Assembly: GCA_046116545.1 (NCBI GenBank)
Contig: CP175956.1
Location: forward strand, 833,734-897,733
Direction: 5' to 3'
DNA length: 64,000 nucleotides
Source: Candidatus Moraniibacteriota bacterium
Lineage (GTDB): Bacteria; Patescibacteriota; Minisyncoccia; Moranbacterales; GCA-2747515
Shown in pieces: positions 28,248 to 37,895 of this stretch. The notes below the pieces were generated by a model, which was not told the origin of the DNA, did not search any database, and worked only from the letters and a program-made list of their open reading frames with translations. The position numbers and the translations under genes were made by a program. Position 1 is the stretch's first letter. Every line of letters starts with the position of its first letter.

Positions 28248-29615
28248 TTATACCATCCGACGAGGAAAATAATCTCCATCATTCCTCAGTCTAATATCAC
28301 GCCCGCAGTAGCGATCACCTTCAGCACACTTTCCAAGCTCAAAGCAAGGTGGCTGAAACATCGCTAGGAGGTCTGAATTAATGCCACATTTTTTAGCAAC
28401 AGCTTCACGTTCCAAAACACCTAGATAATAAATTTCTTCTTGAGCACACCAGCAAAGCCTCTTGTACTGTTCATGCAAAATAGCATTAAAGGAGCCTTTT
28501 TTAATATACTCTACAACAGCACCATATGGTGCAAGTATCATTGCAAGAGTCCCTGGAACAGTTTTTTCAATTGAAATCCATTGACTCATAAGGTCACGCG
28601 CTCTACCTCCCAATCCTAATTTTTGCACTATTGGTGGTAAATAAAATGCACCTGTGAATTGTGGAGCACCTCTACGAATTGTACGATGTCTTTGATCTTG
28701 TCCCATAGTTGCCACTGACATTCCGACACATACCTCTATATCGCCAATAGAATTATTCATCATCTCTGGTGCAAAATGTGATTTATCAACTGGATGCATG
28801 ACGTCAGCATTTGGTTGCACAAAAACATGTTCATTTTGAACATTGCATGAAAAAATATATGGCTCAGTTGCAATCTCAATATCACTGTGTGATGGAGGCT
28901 GAACAAACCAATCGCCTTCACGACGTCTACTTTCATCAAATACATATGCAATATCTGGATATTTCTGAGAAAATGCACCTGCAATCTTTGCCGTAACATC
29001 CTTCATTGCTGGCGTCCACGCTTCTTCATACATCGCAACAAGAGCTGTGAGATTTAATGTAAAATCTAAAGCTGTTGGAAAAATGGTTGAAATAAACATG
29101 CGCAGTTGCTCCTGAGCAACCTTTGGCGCAATTTGTGCAACCATTTTATTCGCTATAAATGGACGTTCTTGTCGCAAAAAATCTGCAGCAATTTTATTTG
29201 CTTCAGATTTATTTTCCTGATAAATCTTCACGCCAAACTCTAAGTAACGTTCTATCTCCACAAGATCTCTTGATGATACCTGTGGCCAATACACACGAAC
29301 ATACTGCATCATTTTATCAAAGTCAGGCTCCGTAAACATCTTTGCAGCATATCGTCCACTCCGTTGGTCTGTGTTATAAAATGGACTTACTAGATGTAGT
29401 CCAAAAGTTACATCCCCAACAGCAATGCCATCAATACTATTTGTTCTATAAGCATCAGAATGTTGCATCGTTGTATGATGTGAAACACGGAACAACCTAT
29501 TTTCAACATCAATTTCTTTACCAACTTTTGGCACTGTCGATTGATAACATTGCAACGCAGCATGCGAAGCCGATTGTGTTGGCGTCATGTCTGGTAACAT
29601 TTCTACTTTAATCAT
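28248..29615 (-). CDS. thyX: FAD-dependent thymidylate synthase ThyX-like, long two-domain form
   Basis: DQRSGRY in the N-terminal half and QDQRHRT..RLCWCAQEEI in the C-terminal half; lies in a dTMP cluster. Confidence 0.75.
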   Translation of the reverse strand: MIKVEMLPDMTPTQSASHAALQCYQSTVPKVGKEIDVENRLFRVSHHTTMQHSDAYRTNSIDGIAVGDVTFGLHLVSPFYNTDQRSGRYAAKMFTEPDFDKMMQYVRVYWPQVSSRDLVEIERYLEFGVKIYQENKSEANKIAADFLRQERPFIANKMVAQIAPKVAQEQLRMFISTIFPTALDFTLNLTALVAMYEEAWTPAMKDVTAKIAGAFSQKYPDIAYVFDESRRREGDWFVQPPSHSDIEIATEPYIFSCNVQNEHVFVQPNADVMHPVDKSHFAPEMMNNSIGDIEVCVGMSVATMGQDQRHRTIRRGAPQFTGAFYLPPIVQKLGLGGRARDLMSQWISIEKTVPGTLAMILAPYGAVVEYIKKGSFNAILHEQYKRLCWCAQEEIYYLGVLEREAVAKKCGINSDLLAMFQPPCFELGKCAEGDRYCGRDIRLRNDGDYFPRRMV

Positions 29616-29631
29616 CTTTTACCACCTCCAA

Positions 29632-29895
29632 TTAAATTTGTTTGAGAAAAACTCTAAATTCAGAAACTTTTTCTTCAAATTTTTTGTATGTATGTTCCAT
29701 TTCTCTCTTTGCACACGTATCACATTTGTAATCCGCAAACCGTGGACAATTACAAAATGAACAAATAACCACTTGAAATTCTTTTGTTCCACCTTTTTTA
29801 CAAATGACTCCAATTAATTGAAGACCTTCTTTTTCTGCCCCGTCCTTAGATTCTTGACTAACAGTCTCTGGAATTGTCCATTTTTTATCACCCAC
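29632..29895 (-). CDS. Small Cys-rich (Zn-binding?) protein
   Basis: CSFCNC..CDTC; SD GGAGG; GTG start. Confidence 0.6.
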   Translation of the reverse strand: MGDKKWTIPETVSQESKDGAEKEGLQLIGVICKKGGTKEFQVVICSFCNCPRFADYKCDTCAKREMEHTYKKFEEKVSEFRVFLKQI

Positions 29896-30114
29896 AATTC
29901 TTCCTCCACTTATAATTTAATAATGTAAAATTAATATACAAAACTGTATTATTATGAGTTTATGTTAAAAAACAAAAAAACTAGTATCTTACTAGTTTCT
30001 AAACTATTGCATCTTACAGTTCTTTAGTCAACCAAAAAATAAAAACTAACCAAATGTTAGTTTTTAAATATCACATCTATTGCAACATCAATCAATGATT
30101 ATTAATCATATCAT

Positions 30115-30672
30115 TTAACACACTTTTTTTGAATCAACTAGATCATCAACTTGCTTATGTAATTCTTCAACACTTCCACTATTATTTATAATGACATCAG
30201 CAAACTCTTTTAATCCTTTAACTTGTGCTTCTGATTCATTTTTGCTTTCTGCCTCAAATTCTTCAAATGTTTTATTTTGATCATCTACATTTTCACTTCT
30301 TTGAATAATTCTTTCATATCTTGTTCTAATATCAACATCTATATAAACAAGCTTAAATTCTGGCAATTCTTTTAAATATTTTATATCATCCATACGGCGA
30401 ACACCGTCAATTACAATGATTTCAGCAGCATCACTTTTTGCATCCTCAGCCATTACTCTTGCCATCGTATCTTCTCCATAAGTTTGACGAAGCATTGTTG
30501 AGAGATTTTGCAAGTTATCACGAGAATTTTCCAAATGCAATCTATCAAGAACATCTCTAAGCATTGTAGAAAAACGATGTTGTGAAGTGTCACATTTTTC
30601 ATTTAAATATTCTGATACTGTTCCTTTACCACTTGCCATTTCTCCTGCAAGTCCCAAAACCATTCTTGTCAT
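30115..30672 (-). CDS. P-loop nucleotide kinase (dephospho-CoA/dNMP kinase-like)
   Basis: GLAGEMASGKGT, IDGVR, RYERI. Confidence 0.85.
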   Translation of the reverse strand: MTRMVLGLAGEMASGKGTVSEYLNEKCDTSQHRFSTMLRDVLDRLHLENSRDNLQNLSTMLRQTYGEDTMARVMAEDAKSDAAEIIVIDGVRRMDDIKYLKELPEFKLVYIDVDIRTRYERIIQRSENVDDQNKTFEEFEAESKNESEAQVKGLKEFADVIINNSGSVEELHKQVDDLVDSKKVC

Positions 30673-30690
30673 TTTTTTGATATTATAAAA

Positions 30691-31182
30691 TTATTTATCA
30701 ATCTTCTTTAACTCAATTCTATTTTGTGGTTCATATTGTCTCAACTTTATACCAGCTGTCTCAAGCATTTTTCTAGCTATTTTAAATATATCAATATTTG
30801 CATACTTATCCGAAACATAAATAACTTCTTTCACACCACTTTGGATAATTATTTTTGCACATTCATTACAAGGAAATAGACTTACATAAAGCCTGCAACC
30901 ACTTACATTATCATTTGCATTCATGATAGCATTTGCCTCAGCATGAACTACATAAGCATATTTTGATTCAGATGTCTCACCATCTCTGCACCAAGGTAAA
31001 TCATCATCATGACAGCCTCTAGGAAATCCATTATATCCAAGTCCTACTACAACATTTTCATTATTCACAATGCAAGACCCGACCTGAGTTGAAGGATCTT
31101 TTGAACGCATAGCTATGAGATTACTCATAAGTACAAATGTCTCATCCCAATCAAGATATTCTTGCCTTTTATCATTTTTCAT
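30691..31182 (-). CDS. dCMP deaminase
   Basis: RSKDPSTQVG, GYNG, HAEANA, PCNEC. Confidence 0.95.
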   Translation of the reverse strand: MKNDKRQEYLDWDETFVLMSNLIAMRSKDPSTQVGSCIVNNENVVVGLGYNGFPRGCHDDDLPWCRDGETSESKYAYVVHAEANAIMNANDNVSGCRLYVSLFPCNECAKIIIQSGVKEVIYVSDKYANIDIFKIARKMLETAGIKLRQYEPQNRIELKKIDK

Positions 31183-31205
31183 AATAATGTTTTATTCTAT
31201 CAACC

Positions 31206-31778
31206 TTAATTACAACGTTTTTTTTGCAAAATATTTTTCATAGCATCATCAACTTGCCACAACAAATCATCCATGGATCCATCATTTTTTACAGTAAAAT
31301 CAGCATCTTTTCCAATTACTGGAATTGCCTTTTCTGTTTCTGATTCTGCTTCAAATTTTTTAAATTCATCGAAAGTCTGATCATCATCGCTCTTTTCACC
31401 ACGGCTAGTAACTCGTTTCCATCTCAACTCTTGATCAGCTGTTACATATATAATATAACTATCTTCAAATGATCTTATGAATTCAAGATCCATCATCATA
31501 CGCATACCATTAACACACATAATACCATGATGTTGATGTACATACCTCAATACACCTTTATGCAAAACATCTTCTCCAAAACGATCTTTAAACATACTAT
31601 ACAACCATGCTTGGTCTTCTTTTGAAGATTTATCAAAAAACAAATCCAATGTTTTTTTAAGTGGCATCCCAAATCGTAATAAATCAACATCGTATCGACG
31701 TTTCAAATAATGTGCAACTGTATCTTTCCCACTTCCAGTCTCCCCTACTAATCCAATGATGATTTTTTCATTATACAT
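31206..31778 (-). CDS. P-loop nucleotide kinase, paralog of 30115-30672
   Basis: GLVGETGSGKDT, VNGMR, RWKRV. Confidence 0.85.
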   Translation of the reverse strand: MYNEKIIIGLVGETGSGKDTVAHYLKRRYDVDLLRFGMPLKKTLDLFFDKSSKEDQAWLYSMFKDRFGEDVLHKGVLRYVHQHHGIMCVNGMRMMMDLEFIRSFEDSYIIYVTADQELRWKRVTSRGEKSDDDQTFDEFKKFEAESETEKAIPVIGKDADFTVKNDGSMDDLLWQVDDAMKNILQKKRCN

Positions 31779-31868
31779 ATAACTATTTTGTAGAAACTAA
31801 CTTTTTACTTATAAATTATATAGCAAAATTTGTGGAGTTGCAAGTTAAGAATATCCTAAACAAATAAC

Positions 31869-32050
31869 CACCCCTCAATCCCCTCTTTAAAAAGGAGTGG
31901 AGGTAAAAACTAAACTAAACTAAACTAAACTAAACTAAACTAAACTAAACTAAACTAAACTAAACTAAACAGAATTAAGCTTAAGTTAAATTAATAATAC
32001 ATCCTCTCCACCTTTTTAAGGGGGAGATGTCCGAAGGACAGAGGGGGTTT
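31869..32050. repeat. (AAACT)x~13 microsatellite at 31907-31970 between two family A palindromes
   Basis: 64 nt perfect pentanucleotide run; palindromes at ~31869-31904 and ~32002-32050. Confidence 0.9.
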
Positions 32051-32120
32051 TACAACAAAAATAAAAAAGACGAGCAAGAAACCCGTCTTTCCAAAATTCA
32101 ATCTAAATCTTTACTCTAAT

Positions 32121-32792
32121 TTATTTAATCTTCACAGCAGGACTCATTGTTGAACAAATACTTGTATTTGCAACCAACTGTCCTTTATGTGCATCATTTT
32201 TACAACCTTTTATAGCCTCCATGAATGCATTATAATTTTCTACTATTTTCGCTGCATCAAATGATACTTTTCCAATAACTTGATGGATGTTTCCTGTATT
32301 ATCATTTTTGAAGTTAGCTTTTCCTTTTTTCAAAGATTCTACTGCAGCAGCAACATTTGGAGTTACTGTGTCTGTTTTTGGACTAGGCATAAGACCTCGT
32401 GGTCCAAGTACTCTAGCAGCTTGAGCAAGCTTTGGCATCATATCTGGAGTTGCTACCAATACATCAACATCTGGCAATTCTCCACCCTTCATTTTGTCAA
32501 TCAACTCTTGCCCACCAATCAAATCAGCTCCTGCTTTTTTTGCTTCGTCTGCTTTATCTTCTGTTATAACACCTACGCGAACTTCTTTTCCAGTTCCTCC
32601 TGGCAACACAACACTTCCACGAACTGATTGTTCACCTTTTTTAGTATCAATGTTAAGTCGTACATGCAATTCAATTGATTCATCAAATTTAGCACTTGCA
32701 TTTTCTTTTACGAATGCAATAGCTTCTTCAACTGTCATTTCTTCAGTTGCACGTTTTTCTACTGCTGCTTTATAGTTTTTTCCTCTTTTCAT
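32121..32792 (-). CDS. rplA: 50S ribosomal protein L1
   Basis: AKFDESIE, LGPRGLMPSPK, STMSP. Confidence 0.98.
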   Translation of the reverse strand: MKRGKNYKAAVEKRATEEMTVEEAIAFVKENASAKFDESIELHVRLNIDTKKGEQSVRGSVVLPGGTGKEVRVGVITEDKADEAKKAGADLIGGQELIDKMKGGELPDVDVLVATPDMMPKLAQAARVLGPRGLMPSPKTDTVTPNVAAAVESLKKGKANFKNDNTGNIHQVIGKVSFDAAKIVENYNAFMEAIKGCKNDAHKGQLVANTSICSTMSPAVKIK

Positions 32793-32797
32793 AATAC

Positions 32798-32836
32798 TTT
32801 CGTGGTTTTAACGAATCATCCGACTCTCCCACAAAT
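32798..32836 (-). promoter_or_regulatory. L1-binding autoregulatory leader before rplA
   Basis: GTGGGAG...AAAACCAC on the minus strand, the usual L1 operator form between rplK and rplA. Confidence 0.7.
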
Positions 32837-32893
32837 TATTTAATTAAATACTTTTCAAATTCATCATTCTGAAATTCATTTCAGAATCTTCCT

Positions 32894-33319
32894 TTATTCA
32901 ACTTTGATACCCATTGAACGAGCTGTGCCTTCTACAATTTTCATTGCTCCTTCTACATCAGCAGCATTCAAATCAACCATCTTGATCTCTGCGATTTCTT
33001 TCACCTGATTTTTAGTAACGCTTCCAACCTTATCAGCTAATGGATTTCCCGCTCCTTTTTTCACACCTGCTGCTTTTTTCAATAATTCAGCACACGGAGG
33101 TGTCTTCATTATAAAACTAAATGAACGATCCTCATAAACTGTAATCTCAATAGGAACTATATCTCCCATTTTCTCTTTTGTTGCCTCATTAAATTGAGAA
33201 CAAAAATCTTGAATGTTTATACCATGTTGACCTAATGCTGGTCCTACTGGAGGAGCTGGATTAGCTTTTCCTGCTGGAATTTGCAATTTCAACGTTGTCA
33301 TCACTTTTTTGTCTGCCAT
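32894..33319 (-). CDS. rplK: 50S ribosomal protein L11
   Basis: [27 protein letters not shown]. Confidence 0.99.
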   Translation of the reverse strand: MADKKVMTTLKLQIPAGKANPAPPVGPALGQHGINIQDFCSQFNEATKEKMGDIVPIEITVYEDRSFSFIMKTPPCAELLKKAAGVKKGAGNPLADKVGSVTKNQVKEIAEIKMVDLNAADVEGAMKIVEGTARSMGIKVE

Positions 33320-33413
33320 AATCTTTCTATAAATAATTAGTAATTCATTAAATGATTTTTTCTATACTTATTCATTTTAGTGCAGTTCAAGGAAAAATGA
33401 ATTATGTATAAAA

Positions 33414-33959
33414 TTATATCTTTGAGATTTGTAAAAAATCAAGTTCCACTGGTGTCTCTCGTCCAAACACCATAACAAGAACTTTCACCTTACCCTTTGA
33501 TTCATCAAATTCTTGAACTTCTCCATCAAAATCCTTAAACGGACCATCTGTAATTTTTATACTTTCACCTTTTTTAACATCAATGCGATATTTTGGTTCA
33601 TCTGTTCCCATCTTCTTCTGAATAGAAAATATCTCTTCTGGGTTAACTGGTGTCGGTGTAGTTCCAAGACCTATAAAACCTGTTACATTTGGAGTATTAC
33701 GCACCACGTACCATGATGCATCTGTTACTACCATTTCTACAAGAACATATCCTGGATAAATCTTCTCTTCAACTGTAACTCGTTTATTATTTCGTATTTT
33801 AATCTTCTTTTCCGTAGGAACAATTACATCAAAAATATAATCTTGCATATCCATTGATTCGATACGCTGTCTCAGATTTTTAGTAACATTATCTTCATAT
33901 CCAGAATAAGTATGTAGCACATACCAAGCCTTTCCATGATGTTGCGTTTGTTTAGCCAT
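33414..33959 (-). CDS. nusG: Transcription termination/antitermination factor NusG
   Basis: WYVLHTYSGYE, YPGYVLV, KOW domain, FGRETPVEL. Confidence 0.99.
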   Translation of the reverse strand: MAKQTQHHGKAWYVLHTYSGYEDNVTKNLRQRIESMDMQDYIFDVIVPTEKKIKIRNNKRVTVEEKIYPGYVLVEMVVTDASWYVVRNTPNVTGFIGLGTTPTPVNPEEIFSIQKKMGTDEPKYRIDVKKGESIKITDGPFKDFDGEVQEFDESKGKVKVLVMVFGRETPVELDFLQISKI

Positions 33960-33991
33960 AGTAATAAATAATTAGTTGCAAAAAAACTTTT

Positions 33992-34177
33992 TTATTTTAA
34001 GATTACGTCTTTTATAAAACTTCCAAACATATAATCCAATACGCCCAAAAATGCCGCTATCGTAAGACTAATAATAATAACTAGTGTTGTATAGTGAATC
34101 GTTTGTTCTTTGCTAGGCCATGAAACTTTTTTCATCTCACTATATGCCTCTCGCAAAAATTGTGTAATTTTTCCCAT
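33992..34177 (-). CDS. secE: Preprotein translocase SecE
   Basis: EMKKVSWPS plus TM helix; upstream of nusG. Confidence 0.95.
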   Translation of the reverse strand: MGKITQFLREAYSEMKKVSWPSKEQTIHYTTLVIIISLTIAAFLGVLDYMFGSFIKDVILK

Positions 34178-34326
34178 AATTTATTCAATTTTAAAAAAGC
34201 CCCTTCGGGCTCCAATTTCTTATATGAATAATAAACGCTTTTTGTATTTTTGTCAAATACAAAAAGTATATAATCATCTCAACAATTATCAATTTGATAC
34301 ACGATTATCTACTATAATTGCTAAAT

Positions 34327-35928
34327 CTATTTCACAATAGGCATTTCTACTATAAACTTTGAACCTTTACCCAGACCATCAGACTCAGCATAAATCCTGC
34401 CGCCCTGTGACTCAACCAGGTTTTTACCAACATATAATCCCAATCCAGTTCCTTCAGTATACATTTTTGTATCATCTGTACCACGAGAAAACTTTGTGAA
34501 TAAACTAGTCAAAGATTCTTTTGATATTCCCACACCAGAATCCTCAATTATAACGCGTAAAATACTTCCATCTTTTTCCATGGATACATGGATGAAACCT
34601 TCTTTTGTATATTTAACAGCATTATCTATCAAATTTGAAATTACTTCCCTCAATTTTGACCTATCAGCTTTTACAGGAGGTGCTTTACCATCTAAAGTCT
34701 TTATGGTTAACTCAAGCCCTTTCTCCTTTGTGCGAAGTATAAACATATCTTCTAACTCTTCCAAAATTCCATCTATTTGCACATCTTCCATATGATACTC
34801 CAATCTACCTGACTCTATACGAGTAATATTCAATAAATCCTCGACCAATTGAATAAGTCTATCATTTGCCAAAAATATCTTATTCAATGCCCCATCTGTT
34901 TCTTCTGTGTTTTTACCATATGCACCTTCAAGTATAAGAGATACATATCCTTTAATCGCTGTAAGTGGTGTGCGCAACTGATGTGATGCAATTGAAATAA
35001 ATTCTGATTTTGCTTTGTCTAGTCTTTTTAGCTCAATGTTCGCTCTTTTTAAATCTTTTGAAGCTTGCTCCAATTTTATTTTTTGCTCAATTTCCTTATT
35101 AATACTTTTTTTCAAAATAAGAGAAATACTAAAAATACCAACGAAAAAAACTGTATTAATAATATATTCTTCTCTTGAGACAGAAACAAAAATACGACTA
35201 AAAACAATAATATTTAATGCTGTTATTAACAAGTTCACTGCCAAAATTCGAGTATTTAATAAATTATACTTTGTAATTGCATATCCAACAATAATAACAA
35301 AAAGAATGCCTGATAAATACGAAAATGGATATACACCAATGGAGTATGCCGGCAAGAAGCCAATGAAACCAATAATGCTAAAATTCAAAAGTCCCACAAT
35401 GATAAATTTCGTTTGTTGCTTTTTATTACCAGTTGCATTTTTATAAAAAGTTACAAGTTGTCTATAAATTTCTAAAGAATACACAAAAAACAAAAAGAGA
35501 AAAATATGATGAAAAATACGAGCCTGTGCATGAACTCCCCAATCATATCTAAAAACATCTTCAATAAAATAATTTGTAAAAGCAAGTGTTAAAAATAATA
35601 TAAAGAAAATAAAATACGACAATACAAGCATTGGTGTTATTTTTTTATTTCCTACAAAAATCATTACAAAATGAAATAAAAAAATTGGAATAAAGATCAC
35701 AAATGAATAAACAACCTTATCCCAAAAAATAATTGCCGCATCCGTATTACCATAAGAAAACAATACAAACGTCCCAAATAACCACCCTGTGACAGAAAGT
35801 GAAAATAGAAGAAAAACAATATTAAGACTTGAAGTCTTGTTTTTACTCCATACGAAAAAGCCAAGCCAAAGCACAAAGAAAGCACTGACAAGAGGAATGA
35901 TTTGAGTAATACTTATTGATGAGATCAT
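34327..35928 (-). CDS. Sensor histidine kinase with N-terminal 7TM (HisKA_7TM-like) region
   Basis: Multiple TM helices; H-box SHQLRTPL, NLIDNAVKY, DSGVG, GTGLGL. Confidence 0.93.
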   Translation of the reverse strand: MISSISITQIIPLVSAFFVLWLGFFVWSKNKTSSLNIVFLLFSLSVTGWLFGTFVLFSYGNTDAAIIFWDKVVYSFVIFIPIFLFHFVMIFVGNKKITPMLVLSYFIFFILFLTLAFTNYFIEDVFRYDWGVHAQARIFHHIFLFLFFVYSLEIYRQLVTFYKNATGNKKQQTKFIIVGLLNFSIIGFIGFLPAYSIGVYPFSYLSGILFVIIVGYAITKYNLLNTRILAVNLLITALNIIVFSRIFVSVSREEYIINTVFFVGIFSISLILKKSINKEIEQKIKLEQASKDLKRANIELKRLDKAKSEFISIASHQLRTPLTAIKGYVSLILEGAYGKNTEETDGALNKIFLANDRLIQLVEDLLNITRIESGRLEYHMEDVQIDGILEELEDMFILRTKEKGLELTIKTLDGKAPPVKADRSKLREVISNLIDNAVKYTKEGFIHVSMEKDGSILRVIIEDSGVGISKESLTSLFTKFSRGTDDTKMYTEGTGLGLYVGKNLVESQGGRIYAESDGLGKGSKFIVEMPIVK

Positions 35929-35985
35929 ATTTTTTTATTTTACATAATTAAGTATATCACATAAAAAAACTGTATTCAAAGTAAA

Positions 35986-36018
35986 AGCCACTTATTAAGT
36001 AAAATTAATAAGTGGCTT
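35986..36018 (-). terminator. Intrinsic terminator of the lipid operon
   Basis: aagccacttattaa-gtaaaa-ttaataagtggctt. Confidence 0.85.
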
Positions 36019-36026
36019 CATCTCAA

Positions 36027-37121
36027 TTACAACACATTACCAAAATTACATTGGGGTGCTGTGACAAACTGAGATTGTTTAAATGCATCTCCGACAATAT
36101 TAATTGCCGGATCATTAACTGTTAAAAACATGTTGCCCTGACTTGAACTATTAGAATATGCAAGTGCCGTAGCTTCACTGAAACAACCAAATAATCGTTC
36201 CTGTGAAAGATTGAGCTGTTTCAAAGCCACACTGGCAATGACAGATCCTGAGTATGCCAAATTGACATTCATCATATTACCTGCATCTTGCCTCGTTACA
36301 AGAATCCCCTCCCTCTTACAATTTTCATATTCTGCACGAGAAAAATTAAATGGCTTACACACATCAATCACATGCACACCTCCATGGTACATAATATCTT
36401 TGATAATCGATTGAGATAATCTAACTCGATGATGATGACTACATGCAACAACAAGTTTTACATCCCTAGCCTCTGCAAATGGATTGTGACCTCTTTGACT
36501 AATCGGAATAATGTTTGTATATCCATTTTCCAACAACTTCTTCCTAATCACAGAACCCAGAAAGCCATTTGGACCAATCACAACAATACCATCATCCTTA
36601 CTTATATCGTTCTTATCTAAAGCAGATCTAACATCTTGCCATAAAGCTATTACTGTACCATTGTCACCAATTGTAAAAATTACACCAGGATGACATGTTG
36701 TGAACTCAGCCAATTCCTGTTTTGAAAATAGGCGTTTGGTCGATGCTCCAAAAAGCACAACTCGCACACCTTTTCTAACAGAATATTTAATCGCTTGTCG
36801 CGCCTGCTTTCGGGCAACTTTCATTCCATCAGTTATCTCACCAGTAACAGGATTTCTATTCATATCCTTGGCTACATTATTAATTGCAATATAGCGACCT
36901 CTTACGTCACCTAATTGTAATTTTAATGCTGGCACAAATGCCTTATCACACCATAATGATGATATACCCATAAAACCTTGTTCAACACTATTGTTGAAAT
37001 TGGTAATATACGCAACATCAAATGAATGATTGGTATTAGACTGCAGGACCTCTTTAATATATACAAAACCACGATATATATCTGAAAGGATCATGAAAGA
37101 AAATTTTAAGAAAATTTTCAT
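36027..37121 (-). CDS. Long-chain acyl-ACP reductase-like (COG5322) oxidoreductase
   Basis: FTIGDNGT, Rossmann VIGPNGFLGS, IDVCKPFN, RLFGCFSEA parallel cyanobacterial AAR motifs FTTGNTHT, GATGDIGS, IDGGYPKN, FACFAEA. Confidence 0.7.
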   Translation of the reverse strand: MKIFLKFSFMILSDIYRGFVYIKEVLQSNTNHSFDVAYITNFNNSVEQGFMGISSLWCDKAFVPALKLQLGDVRGRYIAINNVAKDMNRNPVTGEITDGMKVARKQARQAIKYSVRKGVRVVLFGASTKRLFSKQELAEFTTCHPGVIFTIGDNGTVIALWQDVRSALDKNDISKDDGIVVIGPNGFLGSVIRKKLLENGYTNIIPISQRGHNPFAEARDVKLVVACSHHHRVRLSQSIIKDIMYHGGVHVIDVCKPFNFSRAEYENCKREGILVTRQDAGNMMNVNLAYSGSVIASVALKQLNLSQERLFGCFSEATALAYSNSSSQGNMFLTVNDPAINIVGDAFKQSQFVTAPQCNFGNVL

Positions 37122-37139
37122 TATTTACCTCCTTTTAAA

Positions 37140-37895
37140 TTAGTGTTTTATTTGCTGTACATGATTTGTAAAAACCCATTCAACACCTCTAGTCACTTCT
37201 CTTTGCAAACAATTGCGCGAAGAAATGAATCCTGTGCCGATAGACTGATCAGCTGCACGATGTTTTTGATGAACCTTCTCATTCAACAAAAAATAGTGCC
37301 CTGTTATACCTCCATATCCTTTTGCCAAAGCTAATTCACTCAGCTCAACAACATTCTTTTCTGCAACAGGCAAAAAAGATGCTGACGGCAATTTATCAAT
37401 ACATTCAAATACTCTGGGATGTAGTGATAAAATATGAAATTCTTTACACGATTCAAGTGGCGCCAAATATTCCTGTACACTATGCAAAAAATGCTCATAC
37501 TGATATTCGTATTTTAACTCGATCATCAAATGCATCTTTTTACCATAAAGAGTAACTACCTCAGAAAGTGCTGGAATAAGTGGGACCTCTTTTCTTAATT
37601 CGGCCATTGTCACGTGACTGATCATAATGTCTGCACCAAATATTCTCTGGCAATTTACATCGTGTATTACTACAGGACACAAATCTTTTGTCCATCGAAT
37701 ATCCAACTCTATTCCCCACGCCCCACACTGCATTGCCATTTCAAAAGCTTGCATTGTGTTTTCAAAAACCGAGACATTATCATGAATGCCTCGGTGTGAT
37801 ACGATCTTTGGCACAATATTCTGTACCAAAGATCGTGGACGCAGAGCAAAGTATGTATCAACAAGATTGCAAAGCAATCCATCCACATAACTCAT
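37140..37895 (-). CDS. Glycerophosphodiester phosphodiesterase family
   Basis: SHRG, ENT, GIELDI, VVIHD, IELK; start at ATG 37895 after GGAGG. Confidence 0.9.
   Translation of the reverse strand: MSYVDGLLCNLVDTYFALRPRSLVQNIVPKIVSHRGIHDNVSVFENTMQAFEMAMQCGAWGIELDIRWTKDLCPVVIHDVNCQRIFGADIMISHVTMAELRKEVPLIPALSEVVTLYGKKMHLMIELKYEYQYEHFLHSVQEYLAPLESCKEFHILSLHPRVFECIDKLPSASFLPVAEKNVVELSELALAKGYGGITGHYFLLNEKVHQKHRAADQSIGTGFISSRNCLQREVTRGVEWVFTNHVQQIKH

Noticed and set aside
31907-31970. CRISPR array
   Set aside because: A simple 5-nt tandem repeat with no spacers; no cas genes or regularly spaced repeats were seen in the window
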